DNA of 64,000 bases from an uncultured Candidatus Micrarchaeota archaeon (GTDB lineage: Archaea; Micrarchaeota; Micrarchaeia; Norongarragalinales; CAINOH01), in contig CAINOH010000009.1 in assembly GCA_903851445.1 (NCBI GenBank), positions 23,908 through 87,907 of the forward strand, written 5' to 3'. A program made the position numbers and the translations under genes. This document shows positions 49,644 through 60,144 of this stretch, piece after piece (within the stretch, counting starts at the first letter, position 1; every line of letters starts with the position of its first letter). The notes beneath the pieces were generated by a model. It saw nothing but the letters and a program-made list of their open reading frames with translations, had not been told where the DNA came from and did no database searches.

Positions 49644-50096
49644 ATGCCCAACCACGGCCAAGGCGCCTTCGAATATCTCCTGATGCTTGGCGGCGTCGTG
49701 CTCGTCGCAGTAATCGTCATAATCATTATGCAGGGTTCGGCTTCCGGGGCAAACAACGCGCTGAACACATCCGCTTCGAGTTACGGCTCGTTTATCACGA
49801 CCGGCGTAGAGAACGTGCTTACGACGGGGTCGGTGAATGGGGCGTCACTCGTTAAATTGACCTGCACCGCAGGCACGGACACCAGCGATATGATTAGCAA
49901 CAATGTAAACTGCAACTCGGCGTGCCAGGCCGCAGGGTATTCAAGCGGGACGACGGTATGCGCCGTCCCTGGCTGCAGCGCGTCATGCAAAAACTGCAGG
50001 CAGATTTCCTGCTATGGCACAGCCTGGAACATAATCACCGACGACTGCTCCAAACCGGGTTCTTGCAAAATTGACAATTGCTACTGCTCCCCCTGA
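49644..50096 (+). CDS. Pilin with Cys-rich C-terminal domain
   Basis: HG|QGAFEYLLMLGG; 12 Cys in the last 62 residues, ending NCYCSP. Confidence 0.86.
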   Translation: MPNHGQGAFEYLLMLGGVVLVAVIVIIIMQGSASGANNALNTSASSYGSFITTGVENVLTTGSVNGASLVKLTCTAGTDTSDMISNNVNCNSACQAAGYSSGTTVCAVPGCSASCKNCRQISCYGTAWNIITDDCSKPGSCKIDNCYCSP

Positions 50097-50168
50097 TTCA
50101 GCAAAGATGCCGGCTTTTTGATGCGCCTGCGGCGATTCCTTTTTATTGCCCGCGACAATGGTCTTTCT

Positions 50169-51728
50169 ATGAAGCTGCGCGGCCAGACTGCCCTTGAATA
50201 CCTGCTGATTCTTGCCGGAAGCATAATGATAGTCATCGTCACCTCAAGCGTGCTCAACGGCGTGATGGCACCCGGGATGGAAATCGTGGGCAACAACAGC
50301 ACGCCCCTGCTGTGGCCCCCGTCAGGTGAGTGCGGCCTTGCCGCAACCGTTTACGGTTCCTCTGCAACGGGATACTCCGGGGCCTTCTGCGCTGTTGGAA
50401 CGCCAAACCCAACCCCTGTTTTTCCACCTCAAGGCAGCTCGGTAACGTGGTTCTGTAATGTAACAGATGGCGGGTACAACGCGTCATGTTCAGCGTCAAG
50501 GGCAGCAACATCCACCCCGACGCCTACTCCGACACCATTACCAGTTAATGGTGCTTGCGGAATCAGCAGCGCATACGCACTCACGGCAACAACCAGCGGG
50601 CTCTGCTCAAGCGGAACGGTCTACTCATTCGCCGGCACGGGGCCGTGGACTTGGTTCTGCAATGGCACAAACGGCGGTACGGACGCGAGCTGCACAGCAA
50701 CAGTAATAGTGGACGGCACCTGTGGAACTTCAAACGGGGCAAACCTTACCGCAGCGCCAACAACAAACCTGTGCTCCAATGGGACTAATTCCAGCGTCTC
50801 CGGCACAGGACCGTGGACGTGGTTCTGCAATGGCACGAACGGCGGCACGAACGCCAGTTGCTGGGCAAACGTCATCATCAACAACGGCGGTGCCTGCGGA
50901 ACAGCTGCAAAGAGGTATGCGTACAATGTCACATCATATGGCACTGACACCATCTGCAATGCCGGAATCGCTTCTCCCTCCAGCCCGGCATTCCCAACCC
51001 AAGGAGCGTCAGTTTCTTGGAGGTGCATAGAAGTTAACCTGCCTGAAATTACGATTAATGTTTGCACAGCTTCAAGAGCAGCAGCCCCTGTTAATGGTGC
51101 TTGCGGCACTGCCTCAAAGACATATGTGTACACTGCCACCAGCTATGGAACGGACACGTTCTGCGCCAATGGCACCGCCAGCCCAGCAAGCCCGGCATTC
51201 CCGGCCCAAGGACAAACAATTCCTTGGACTTGCGTGGGAACAAACAACGGAACCAACGCATCCTGTTCCGCCACCAGGCCGGCCAAGATTAATGGTGAGT
51301 GTATAACTTCTGCCTACTTTTCAAACCTTAATGTTTTCAGCTGCGGATATTCCGAAATGCACGATAAAATCGGCAGCCCCGTACTCAGTTGGTGCGTGGC
51401 TGGAAGTATGACTAGTTACACTGGCGGATATACTGGACCTTGGACATGGAAATGCCTCGGAGCATACGGCGGAACCAATGCGTCCTGCTCTGCCTCTCAT
51501 ACAAGTGAATATCATCCGAGTTTTACTTGCGGTTACTCTGGACGCACAACTGCCGCTTGCGTAGCCGCCGGAGGGTACGTTGACTGGTCCGTGTGTGACG
51601 GTTGCGGGTTCTGCAAAAGTTACAGTGCAGCACGTGGTTCGGGCTACTGTGATTTCCTGACAATTGCTAATGTTCCTGCTATTCCTTATGGTTATTTTGA
51701 TAATGGCGTATATTGGGGTTGCATATAG
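50169..51728 (+). CDS. Pilin-headed protein with six four-Cys repeats
   Basis: RG|QTALEYLLIL; repeats GxCG...C...WxC...(AS)C. Confidence 0.88.
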   Translation: MKLRGQTALEYLLILAGSIMIVIVTSSVLNGVMAPGMEIVGNNSTPLLWPPSGECGLAATVYGSSATGYSGAFCAVGTPNPTPVFPPQGSSVTWFCNVTDGGYNASCSASRAATSTPTPTPTPLPVNGACGISSAYALTATTSGLCSSGTVYSFAGTGPWTWFCNGTNGGTDASCTATVIVDGTCGTSNGANLTAAPTTNLCSNGTNSSVSGTGPWTWFCNGTNGGTNASCWANVIINNGGACGTAAKRYAYNVTSYGTDTICNAGIASPSSPAFPTQGASVSWRCIEVNLPEITINVCTASRAAAPVNGACGTASKTYVYTATSYGTDTFCANGTASPASPAFPAQGQTIPWTCVGTNNGTNASCSATRPAKINGECITSAYFSNLNVFSCGYSEMHDKIGSPVLSWCVAGSMTSYTGGYTGPWTWKCLGAYGGTNASCSASHTSEYHPSFTCGYSGRTTAACVAAGGYVDWSVCDGCGFCKSYSAARGSGYCDFLTIANVPAIPYGYFDNGVYWGCI

Positions 51729-51889
51729 AGTTCCGTTCTTTTTGGCTGAGATTTTACCTCGGGCTTTTGCCTTATTGTAGTGTGAGGGTCTCAATCTCCT
51801 AAGCACTGGCTCGTGTGCAAATAAATCGGCTACATCTCAAACCGCGCAACCTGCGCGGCATTTTTATTGCACGACTGCGTCTAGTGCAT

Positions 51890-52246
51890 ATGGTCGAATA
51901 CAAGCAAGCGATAATCCTCCGCTCGGACCTTGGCATGGGCAAGGGAAAGCTCGTTGCACAGGGCTGCCACGCAAGCATTGACGCGTTCGAGAAGGCGCGG
52001 TCCTCAAAGTCAGATTGGGTTGAGGAGTGGAAGGAAGGCGGCTGCAGGAAGATTGTGGTTAAGGTACAATCCGAGCGCGAGCTTGTCGAGGTTTTTATGC
52101 GTGCAAAGAAGGCAACGCTGCCCTGTTCGCTTATTTCCGATGCCGGCCACACGCAGGTCGAGCCCGGAAGCAAGACTGCTGTTGCAATCGGCCCGGCGCC
52201 AGAAGAAGAGATTGACAAGATTACCGATAAGCTCAAGCTCCTTTGA
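51890..52246 (+). CDS. pth2: Peptidyl-tRNA hydrolase Pth2
   Basis: KQAIILRSDLGMGKGKLVAQGCHA, KIVVKV, DAGHTQV, IGPAP. Confidence 0.96.
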   Translation: MVEYKQAIILRSDLGMGKGKLVAQGCHASIDAFEKARSSKSDWVEEWKEGGCRKIVVKVQSERELVEVFMRAKKATLPCSLISDAGHTQVEPGSKTAVAIGPAPEEEIDKITDKLKLL

Positions 52247-52279
52247 ATTTTAGCTGCGGCCGACAACAAGCACAATTCA

Positions 52280-52552
52280 CTACTTATCACCGTCTTCCTG
52301 CTGCCAGAGCGCGCGCTTTTTGTTGATTAGCTCCTTGGAAAGCTGGCCAAGCAGGGAACTTACGCGCAAAGCCTCATCCGGAGAAAGCCGGAAGCCAACG
52401 GTTCCAACTGTGTTTGCGATTCGGAGCGTAATCGTGCCGTCGCGCGGGTAGCCGTTGGCGGAAGTCGGCTCGGCGGTCTCGAGCTTGAGCGCGCTCTTGT
52501 GCGACACGCCGTCGTCGTCCTTGTACCAGTGCACCAGCTCGTCCTCAATCAT
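52280..52552 (-). CDS. Hypothetical small protein
   Basis: 90-aa ORF with host-like codon usage; beta strands then FRLSPDEA helix. Confidence 0.75.
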   Translation of the reverse strand: MIEDELVHWYKDDDGVSHKSALKLETAEPTSANGYPRDGTITLRIANTVGTVGFRLSPDEALRVSSLLGQLSKELINKKRALWQQEDGDK

Positions 52553-52671
52553 TGCAATGAATTCACTTTTTTGGGTGGGTTACAATGAGCACCGAAAAAG
52601 CGAATATAAACAAGGCGGGGGCGCGTTTCCGGTGAAAACGCCTTGGATTTTTGGCTTCCGCGCGCCCAAAA

Positions 52672-53196
52672 TCACTTTCGGTATCCTGCAATCTTGGCCT
52701 TCTCGCTTGGCTTTGTCACTCGCTTTCCAACATAGTAGTTTACCGTGCGCTCGCCGAAGGCCTGCGCGCGGACAAAGTCGACCTCGTCAAGCCGGCCCTT
52801 TCCCAAAAAGGACAGGTTGCCCTTGACGTTGAGCGTGAGCGTGTTGCGGACTACTGCGCCGCGCTTTTCAAACTCTGCCGCAACCTGCTTGAAGGCCCCG
52901 CGAGACGGCTTCGAGTTCGAGCAAAGTGCGAATGGCGCGACGTTCCTTCCCTGCCAGCCAAAGCCCTTGGTTTGGGCAAAAAGGTCGTGCTTGGAGAACA
53001 TGTGCGCAAGGTCGGCCCCGACAAAAAACAGGTCGTAGAACCCGTCGGCAGGCAGGTAGCCCGAGGCGGCCCACTGAGAATAGGACATGAGCGCGGCTTC
53101 TGCACCCGCGATGGTTGCGCCCGCGTGAACCGCCCGGGCTACTGGAAGGAGCCGGGCATCAGCCTCGAAATAAAGCACCAGGGCGCGCACGGCCAT
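52672..53196 (-). CDS. Degenerate flavodoxin-like fold protein
   Basis: RALVLY, YDLFFVG, GRNVAPFA, RAQAFGE; no FMN phosphate loop visible; start uncertain. Confidence 0.6.
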   Translation of the reverse strand: MAVRALVLYFEADARLLPVARAVHAGATIAGAEAALMSYSQWAASGYLPADGFYDLFFVGADLAHMFSKHDLFAQTKGFGWQGRNVAPFALCSNSKPSRGAFKQVAAEFEKRGAVVRNTLTLNVKGNLSFLGKGRLDEVDFVRAQAFGERTVNYYVGKRVTKPSEKAKIAGYRK

Positions 53197-53255
53197 AGTC
53201 AGCACGAACCTCCGCTCAAACATCAACACCTGTTTTTTCCCTAAAGCCCTAAAGA

Positions 53256-53975
53256 TTATGCCGTGCTGGCTGCAGCCGGCCGCACTAGCGAGTAGGCGCG
53301 CTCGACTTTGAGCTCGGAAAAGTCCGCGCGCTCCGACGCCCAGTCAAGGAGCGTGGTAAAGGCCACGTAGGACACGGCAATCCCGGCTGCGAACAACAGC
53401 CGCTCGTACGCCGTGACGGGCATGAGTGCGGCCCACTGCGCCGCGGTGTACGGGAGGGAGTAGGCGAAGATGACCGAGCCTATTGCGTGCGCCGTGAAGG
53501 TGGCGCCCAGGCTGCGTGCAACAAGGTTTTTGCTCCAGCCGGCAACGCGGACAACTACAGGAATGAGCCAGTAGAGCGAGTAATACCACGCCTGCGCGCC
53601 TGCCGGGGTCATCATAAATAGCGCCATGCAGGCAAGGGGCACGCCGATCCCAACCGCGTCAAACCTCTTGGTGTCTATGCGGGCAAAATAGTATGCCGCA
53701 AAGAGCATTGTTGAAAGCCGCAGTACGTTCACAAGGGTAATCGCCTTTCCAAGGAGCACGAAATTCACCACCTGCGAAGCCAGAAGCGCAGCGAGGCCCA
53801 GGCCCAGGCCTAGGAACGCCGCGACTATGGGGCCGAAGAACTGGAAGAGCGTAAAGTAAGCCGCATTCGAGCCTATGACTGGCGCGAAGTTGATCTGCTC
53901 GGCAATCGCCGCGAACACCGCAAAGAGGCACAAGAACAGGAGCTTGCGCTTCGTAAGGCCCATTGGCAAATCCAT
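53256..53975 (-). CDS. Membrane protein, ECF S-component-like
   Basis: 6-7 TMs; FGPIVAAFLGLGLG resembles the S-component helix motif; lies downstream of folC. Confidence 0.55.
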   Translation of the reverse strand: MDLPMGLTKRKLLFLCLFAVFAAIAEQINFAPVIGSNAAYFTLFQFFGPIVAAFLGLGLGLAALLASQVVNFVLLGKAITLVNVLRLSTMLFAAYYFARIDTKRFDAVGIGVPLACMALFMMTPAGAQAWYYSLYWLIPVVVRVAGWSKNLVARSLGATFTAHAIGSVIFAYSLPYTAAQWAALMPVTAYERLLFAAGIAVSYVAFTTLLDWASERADFSELKVERAYSLVRPAAASTA

Positions 53976-54048
53976 AGTTACAAAACCCCCCTAAAACTGG
54001 CTGAAAAGAAAGCAAGTATTGTATAGGGAGAAACGGCAAATATTAACC

Positions 54049-55404
54049 CTATTGTTTATTTTTCTGGAAAGCCGGCGCGGGCAAAAGTGCCGCCTTTACT
54101 TCGCCCACCAGGTAAAGCGAGCCTGCCACCAGCACCATCCCGTTTTCCTTTTTTGCAGCAGCCACAGCAGCATCCAGCGCGGCCTTTGCAGATGGAAATT
54201 CGGCCACGCCCCCCGCGCCGGCCGCTCTTGCTGCGTCCGCCACCCTCTTTGCCGTCGCGGTCCGGTGGTAGGCAACAGGAGCCGCATAGAACGCTGCTGC
54301 TAGCGGCGCCAAAATCGCCACCGCAGCCTCGACATCCTTGTCATCCATCATGCCGCAGACTTGGAATATCTTCCTGTCGGGGAAAAGCGCGGGAATGGAT
54401 TCCGCAAGCGCGCTTGCGCCATCCACGTTGTGCGCGCCGTCAAGGACAAGAAGCGGCGGCCCTCCCGACACGACTTCAAGCCTGCCGGGCCATGCCGCAT
54501 TTTTGAAACCCGCGACCATCGCCTCCTGGGAAATCTTCAGCGTGCCCTGCCCGTCAAGCTTTGATAGCGCAGCATCCGCAACAGCCATGTTGAAGCACTG
54601 GTATTTTCCCAGAAGCCGGGAGGAAAGCAGCGTAGTGCCTAACTTTGATGAGACCTCAACTTGGGTTCCTGAAAGGGAAACGCTCCTTTCGATAAATGAA
54701 AAATCGGTCTTGTTGGCTGCGCCGCTTGCACCTACGACAACAACCTCGCTTTTCTTTTCGCCTGCAACCCTCCGGATTACCTCAAGCGCAGCCCCTTCGC
54801 AGCCGGTGATTACCGGCCTGCCGGGACGGATGATTCCCGCTTTCTCCGAAGCGATTTTTTCAACCGTGTTGCCAAGAGCCTCAGTGTGCTCAAGAGAGAC
54901 GCGCGTGATTACCGAGAGCGCCGGCTCTGTCACGTTGGTCGAATCGAGCCTGCCGCCCATCCCAATCTCAATGACCGCAAAATCGGCCTTCGAGTCAAGG
55001 AAGAGCTTCAGCGCAACAGCGGTGTTGACCTCGAACTGGCTGAGCTTTTCAGCGTGAGTGCGGTTGTATTCCTCAACAGCGGATTTTGCATCCAGGATTA
55101 TCCGCGCAAAATCCGGCCGCAAAATATCCGAGCCGTTGATGCTTATGCGCTCGGTGTAGTCGACAAGGTGCGGCGAGATATAGCGGCCGGTCCTGTACCC
55201 GGCGGCTCGTATTGCGGACTCGCAGAATGCCGAGACCGAGCCCTTGCCGTTGGTGCCGGTCACAAGAATGCATGGAACTGTCTTGGGGTCAAAGCCAAGG
55301 ATGCCGCACAACTCGTGCATAGGCGTTAGCGTCCACTCGCTCTTTGCAGGCAGCGACTCAAGAAAGGCTATTGCTGCCGAGTAGTCGTCAGGTTGGAAGC
55401 CCAT
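54049..55404 (-). CDS. folC: Folylpolyglutamate synthase / dihydrofolate synthase
   Basis: VTGTNGKGS, SPHL, EIGMGGRLDSTN, EKAGII, WPGRLE, LDGAHN, GSLYLVG. Confidence 0.95.
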   Translation of the reverse strand: MGFQPDDYSAAIAFLESLPAKSEWTLTPMHELCGILGFDPKTVPCILVTGTNGKGSVSAFCESAIRAAGYRTGRYISPHLVDYTERISINGSDILRPDFARIILDAKSAVEEYNRTHAEKLSQFEVNTAVALKLFLDSKADFAVIEIGMGGRLDSTNVTEPALSVITRVSLEHTEALGNTVEKIASEKAGIIRPGRPVITGCEGAALEVIRRVAGEKKSEVVVVGASGAANKTDFSFIERSVSLSGTQVEVSSKLGTTLLSSRLLGKYQCFNMAVADAALSKLDGQGTLKISQEAMVAGFKNAAWPGRLEVVSGGPPLLVLDGAHNVDGASALAESIPALFPDRKIFQVCGMMDDKDVEAAVAILAPLAAAFYAAPVAYHRTATAKRVADAARAAGAGGVAEFPSAKAALDAAVAAAKKENGMVLVAGSLYLVGEVKAALLPAPAFQKNKQ

Positions 55405-55443
55405 TGGCAAAACCGATAACTGGTCTTTGCACAGGCGGATTAA

Positions 55444-57177
55444 TCAGGCCTTCTTTGCGTGCTCCAAACAGGCCTTCACAAAGCCCAGGAAAAGCGGGTT
55501 TGGAGTGAACGGCCGGCTTGAAAGCTCGGGATGGAACTGGGTGCCGACAAAGAACGGGTGACTTGGGATTTCCACGACCTGCATGATGGGCTGGTTTGGC
55601 GCCTTTCCCGAGAAAACCATACCCGCTTTCTGGATGCGTTCGATGTACTCCGGGTTCACCTCATAGCGGTGGCGGAACCTCTCGCGTATCTTGAGCTTTC
55701 CGTAAAGCTCCGCCGCAACCGAACCTTTGGCAAGTTCGATATCCTTTCCGCCCAGGCGCATGTTGCCTCCAAGGCCCTCGATTTTCTTCTGCTCCGGAAG
55801 GATGTCAATTACCATATCCGGTGTATCGGGGTCGATTTCAGTGGAATTTGCCTTTGAAAGCCCGAGCACGTTCCTGCAGAACTCGACTACTGCCATCTGC
55901 ATGCCATAGCACAGGCCTAGGTAGGGCATCCTGTTCTTTCGCGCAAACTCTATGCACTTGATCTTGCCCTCTGTCCCGCGCGAGCCGAACCCGCCTGGCA
56001 CGATTATGCCGTTGACCCCGTCAAGGATTTTTGCAACCTCGGCGTCAGTTGACTTCTGGCCAAGCTTGCTTGTCTCAATCCAGACCAGTTCGACCTTGCA
56101 CCCGGCTTTTGCGCGCGAGTGTTCTATGGCCTGCATTATGCTTGCATAGGAGTCCTTCACTTCGGTGTATTTTCCGGTTATTCCAATCTTGACGGACTTT
56201 GTGGGCTTTGCCAGCGCCTCGCAGAAGTCCTCCCAGCGCCGCATAGCGGCCTCGGTGCGGACTGCGGGCGCCCTCTTTATCCCAAGAAGGTCGAGGACTG
56301 CCTTGTCCAGGCCCTTCTCGTGGAGCATGATTGGCACTTCGTAGATTGAGGACGCGTCGGGAAGGCTTACCACTCGCTCGATTGGCACGTTGGAGTAGAT
56401 GCTGATTTTCTCGCGCACCTTCTCGCCGACCTCGCCTGATGCGCGCACCACGACTATCTCCGGCTGGACGCCAAGCGACATCAGGGTGCGGATTCCGCTC
56501 TGTGCGGGCTTGCTCTTGTACTCGCCAAGCGAGGATGGGTTGAACGCGTAGGTTACGTTCGCGAATATGACGTTCTGCCTGCCTTCCTCGTACTGCAGCT
56601 GGCGCATGGCTTCCATGAAGTATCCGTTCTCCAAGTCACCAACAGTACCGCCGACTTCGATGAGCACCACATCGGACTTGGTGTTGTTTGCGCACTCGCG
56701 CACGAAGGCCTTGATTTCGCCTGTGACGTGGGGGATGAACTGCACGTCGCGGCCAAGGTACTCGCCCTTGCGCTCCTTGGAAAGCACGGTATTGAATATT
56801 TTCCCGCCGGTCAGGTAGTTCTGCTTTGAGAGGTTCTTGTCAAGGAAGCGCTCGTAGGTCCCGAGGTCCATGTCGGTCTCCGCGCCGTCGTCAAGCACAA
56901 AGACCTCGCCGTGGCGGTAGGGATTGAGTGTTCCCGCGTCCTGGTTTAGGTAACCGTCGAACTTGATTGGCTCGACCTTGAGCCCCGCTGCTTCCAAGAG
57001 CGCGCCCATGCTCGAGGTAAAGATTCCCTTGCCCACGCCTGAGATTACGCTTCCGGTGATTACCAAGTACTTGGTGCGGCCGGCCTCGTAGCCCTTGGGC
57101 ACCGGCGTGTAGAACTCGTGGTCGCTGCTCTTGTTCGAAAGCGACGACAATATGCCACAAGAGTCCTCAGCTGCCAT
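55444..57177 (-). CDS. pyrG: CTP synthase
   Basis: GSVISGVGKG, HGEVFV, ETDMDLG, EVGGTVGD, VPGGFG, GLCYGMQ, RFRHRYE, QFHPE. Confidence 0.97.
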   Translation of the reverse strand: MAAEDSCGILSSLSNKSSDHEFYTPVPKGYEAGRTKYLVITGSVISGVGKGIFTSSMGALLEAAGLKVEPIKFDGYLNQDAGTLNPYRHGEVFVLDDGAETDMDLGTYERFLDKNLSKQNYLTGGKIFNTVLSKERKGEYLGRDVQFIPHVTGEIKAFVRECANNTKSDVVLIEVGGTVGDLENGYFMEAMRQLQYEEGRQNVIFANVTYAFNPSSLGEYKSKPAQSGIRTLMSLGVQPEIVVVRASGEVGEKVREKISIYSNVPIERVVSLPDASSIYEVPIMLHEKGLDKAVLDLLGIKRAPAVRTEAAMRRWEDFCEALAKPTKSVKIGITGKYTEVKDSYASIMQAIEHSRAKAGCKVELVWIETSKLGQKSTDAEVAKILDGVNGIIVPGGFGSRGTEGKIKCIEFARKNRMPYLGLCYGMQMAVVEFCRNVLGLSKANSTEIDPDTPDMVIDILPEQKKIEGLGGNMRLGGKDIELAKGSVAAELYGKLKIRERFRHRYEVNPEYIERIQKAGMVFSGKAPNQPIMQVVEIPSHPFFVGTQFHPELSSRPFTPNPLFLGFVKACLEHAKKA

Positions 57178-57374
57178 TTCCCCCACACCCCATAAAAAAA
57201 GAACTAATGATACACGAAATGCAATAAAAAGAAGTGGTTATGTTTGGGCTGTTAAAAACATATTGTTGGGCTTAGGCAGTCCTTTCTAATACTCCCTATT
57301 AGGTGTGGCATATGCCAATCGTGGCCGGGGGTATCTTGTTAGCTTTGTTTAATAGAAAAACTAGCGACCGACCT

Positions 57375-58979
57375 TCACGACCCCGTGTATCCGCCGTCGG
57401 TTATCGTCCAACCGTTGTTTGCAATTAGCGTGGTGTTCCTTGCCGTGACCGAGGCGGAAGAGTAACGGGATTTGCCGCCATCAAAAGTAACTCCCGACTG
57501 AACCGAATGGCTTGCCCAGCCGTTGAGGAGAGCGTCGTAATTGGTGGTTGACAGCGTCACGCCGGAGAACATCCCGCGCATATCAGTTACACTTTTTGTG
57601 TTCCATTTGCCTATCGGCTGGTTGAAAGCAGACGCGTTGGCAAACATATACTTCATTGTCCAGACTTTCCCCATATCCCAGCCGCCAATAGGCTGGTTGA
57701 ATGAATGCGCGTTGGCAAACATCCAGTCAATGGAACTGACGCTGCTCGTATTCCAGCCCGAGACGTTGCCATTGAACGCCGACGCGCCGGAAAACACGCC
57801 AGACATGAATATGGCATTGCGCGTATCCCATCCGCTTAAGTTCTGGTTGAATGCAGGCGCGCCCGCAAACATTCCATTCATCATTACTACGCTTCTGGTG
57901 TTCCAGTTGCCTATCGGCTGGTTGAACGAAGACGCATACCCAAACGTGCTGTACATATCTACTACGCGGCTGGTGTTCCAATTGCCTATCGGTTGGTTGA
58001 ACGAAGACGCCCAACCAAACATGTTATTCATGGTTATGACGCTGCTGGTATCCCAGCCGGTAATGTTGCCGTTGAAGGAGGTCGCATTGTAGAACATGAA
58101 GTCGAGCGAGGTCAGGCCGGTAAGGTTGAGGCTGTCCGAACCTATGAAGTTCATGTTTGAGCAGCCGTAGAAGGTGCCGCAGGAGCTTGCGGTGTACCTG
58201 AAAACGCCATAGCAGCCGCCGCATTCGGCGTCTGGGGGGGAGCCCGGAGGGCAGATGTCGCTCGAACAGCCCAAGGTGCCCGAGTAGGCGCGGATGTAGG
58301 GATTGTAATTTCCGATGTTCAAGTCGCCCCAGTGGGTGATGTTGATTATCTTCAGCTTGTCCCCGCCATTGTTGAACGAAAAGCTCGTTTCGTTCGTGTT
58401 GGTGACGTTAATCGTGTAAACTCCCGGCGAGACATACACGTGCGTGGTGATGTTAGAGTCTGACCTGCCGTCGCCCCAGTTTACCGAGAAATAACCTGTT
58501 ATCGGGAGCACGATTGTCGTGGAGTTGCTGCCGGTGCCACCGATCTTGCGCGTGTCCCAAACCGCGCTGAATGGCGAAGGCTTTGGAGTCGGGCTGGGCG
58601 TGGGGCTTGGAGTGGGCGTTGCGGTAGGTGTTGCAGTAGGCGTCGCAGTCGGCGTGGGACTGGCCGTTGGTGTTGCAGTAGCAGTGGGTGTAGGAGTTGC
58701 AGTAGGAGCGGGTGTCGGACTCGGCGTAGGTGTGGGCGTAGCAGTTGGCGTTGCGGTAGTTGTTGCTGTCGGAGTAGCAGTAGGCGTTGGAGTTACTGTG
58801 GATGGGGTTATGCCGTAGTTCTGTACTAACTCCCAATAGGTGCTTGACTGATTAGTAACGGAATTGTTTGCCTGGCCTTGCGAGGCCTGCACGACCATCA
58901 GGGTGATGGCTGCAATGAGCACGCTGCCGCCTATCATCAACAGGTATTCGAATGCGGCCTGGCCGCGGGAAACTGACAT
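57375..58979 (-). CDS. Pilin-headed adhesin: class III signal, PT stalk, BspA-type/DUF285 25-aa repeats
   Basis: RG|[12 protein letters not shown]; VNWGDG; repeats W(D/N)TxxVxxMxxMFxxAxxFNQxIxx; NYDALLNGW. Confidence 0.9.
   Translation of the reverse strand: MSVSRGQAAFEYLLMIGGSVLIAAITLMVVQASQGQANNSVTNQSSTYWELVQNYGITPSTVTPTPTATPTATTTATPTATPTPTPSPTPAPTATPTPTATATPTASPTPTATPTATPTATPTPSPTPSPTPKPSPFSAVWDTRKIGGTGSNSTTIVLPITGYFSVNWGDGRSDSNITTHVYVSPGVYTINVTNTNETSFSFNNGGDKLKIINITHWGDLNIGNYNPYIRAYSGTLGCSSDICPPGSPPDAECGGCYGVFRYTASSCGTFYGCSNMNFIGSDSLNLTGLTSLDFMFYNATSFNGNITGWDTSSVITMNNMFGWASSFNQPIGNWNTSRVVDMYSTFGYASSFNQPIGNWNTRSVVMMNGMFAGAPAFNQNLSGWDTRNAIFMSGVFSGASAFNGNVSGWNTSSVSSIDWMFANAHSFNQPIGGWDMGKVWTMKYMFANASAFNQPIGKWNTKSVTDMRGMFSGVTLSTTNYDALLNGWASHSVQSGVTFDGGKSRYSSASVTARNTTLIANNGWTITDGGYTGS
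57590..58100 (-). repeat. 75-bp coding repeats of the DUF285 array
   Basis: tggtgttcca(g/a)ttgcctatcgg(c/t)tggttgaacgaagacgc at 57896 and 57971. Confidence 0.85.
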
Positions 58980-59021
58980 TTGAACCCGAAAAAACTACTG
59001 TCCTGCGCTATAAATAAGAGA

Positions 59022-59110
59022 CCCCCTCCCGATGCGGGAGGGGGCTTCACCTTTTTTCCAAGGGGGGCTTGGAGGATTTGATGAAGGATAAATGCCGCCA
59101 AAAGGGCGGC
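59022..59110 (-). terminator. Three tandem GC hairpins downstream of the five-gene membrane operon
   Basis: Stems at 59094-59110, 59057-59073 and 59022-59044 (10-bp stem). Confidence 0.55.
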
Positions 59111-59136
59111 GAAAGGAAAGCGCGCAATGGCCTTGC

Positions 59137-59520
59137 TTACTGTCCCCACATGACCTTACGTTTGGATGTCAGACGCTCCTTGCGGAACTCTCCCTGCATG
59201 TGGTAGTATGAAGCGCCGAAGAGCGCAGCTACCCCGACAATGGGAACGTACATGAGGGTGACGACCCCGATAATGGCGAGCACCAGCGAGTACGAACGGA
59301 AACGCAAAGCCTCCTTCCACAAAGGAAGGTAGCTCTGGGTGTAGGCGTAACGGTTGGTGAGCTTCATCATCGGCTCCTTTCCGTCTGCCGGGACGCTCGT
59401 CATCTGGATGTCCCAGGTCTTTTCCGACGGAGCCTGGCCAGTGGGAGCGACTGCGTCGCCCGAGACGATTTCGTCCGTGTTTTTGGGATTCAGCTTTGAA
59501 AGCATGTCCTGTATTGCCAT
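59137..59520 (-). CDS. Unknown hairpin membrane protein (operon gene E)
   Basis: GAGGGGG RBS; PMMKLTNRYAY...LWKE, two TMs. Confidence 0.85.
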   Translation of the reverse strand: MAIQDMLSKLNPKNTDEIVSGDAVAPTGQAPSEKTWDIQMTSVPADGKEPMMKLTNRYAYTQSYLPLWKEALRFRSYSLVLAIIGVVTLMYVPIVGVAALFGASYYHMQGEFRKERLTSKRKVMWGQ

Positions 59521-59533
59521 ATTGCATCCCCCT

Positions 59534-60139
59534 CTACTGCGCTACTATTACCGAGCGCCCCTTCTCCCAGGTGACTTCGGTCCCGAACCCGTTCAGGTGG
59601 TGGCCCCAGTAGTGGCCCCAAAGGTAGGCGAACACAACTGAAATCAGCGGGCTTATGAAAAACGTGACTATCATTAGGATGAAGCACGCCATGGACCAGA
59701 AGAAGCTGTTGTACACTCCTGACCAGCTGTCGTAGCTTTCAATCCCGTTGAACTCGAACCCTAGACGCTTTCCGAGGAAGTGGCCACGCGTGTCGATGTT
59801 GAACATGTGCATTGGCCGCATTCCGGCGGTCATCGGGTCCTTCGGGCCCATGATGTTGCCCGAACCGTCGGGCATCTCCTCGCCTTCCTTGTTAGTGGGC
59901 ACGAACATGGGAATGTCGTAGTTCTCGTTGCCTGCGGGCTGCCCTGCCTGCGCGGGAACAGCAGCGGGCTTTGCCGATGCGGAAACTGCGCTGACCTTTT
60001 CGGAGTAGACTACCTTGTTGTTTCCGACCTTGCCCGCAGTGACCGGGATGGGCCACGACGCCGGGCCGTTGTAGATGTATTTTATCTCCGCCGGAGTGCC
60101 AGCAGCGTTCTTTGCCTGTGAAAGGTTGAGCAATGCCAT
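59534..60139 (-). CDS. Unknown hairpin membrane protein (operon gene D)
   Basis: YDIPMFVPT, MFNIDTR, two TMs, WGHYWGHH. Confidence 0.85.
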   Translation of the reverse strand: MALLNLSQAKNAAGTPAEIKYIYNGPASWPIPVTAGKVGNNKVVYSEKVSAVSASAKPAAVPAQAGQPAGNENYDIPMFVPTNKEGEEMPDGSGNIMGPKDPMTAGMRPMHMFNIDTRGHFLGKRLGFEFNGIESYDSWSGVYNSFFWSMACFILMIVTFFISPLISVVFAYLWGHYWGHHLNGFGTEVTWEKGRSVIVAQ

Positions 60140-60144
60140 TTGTC

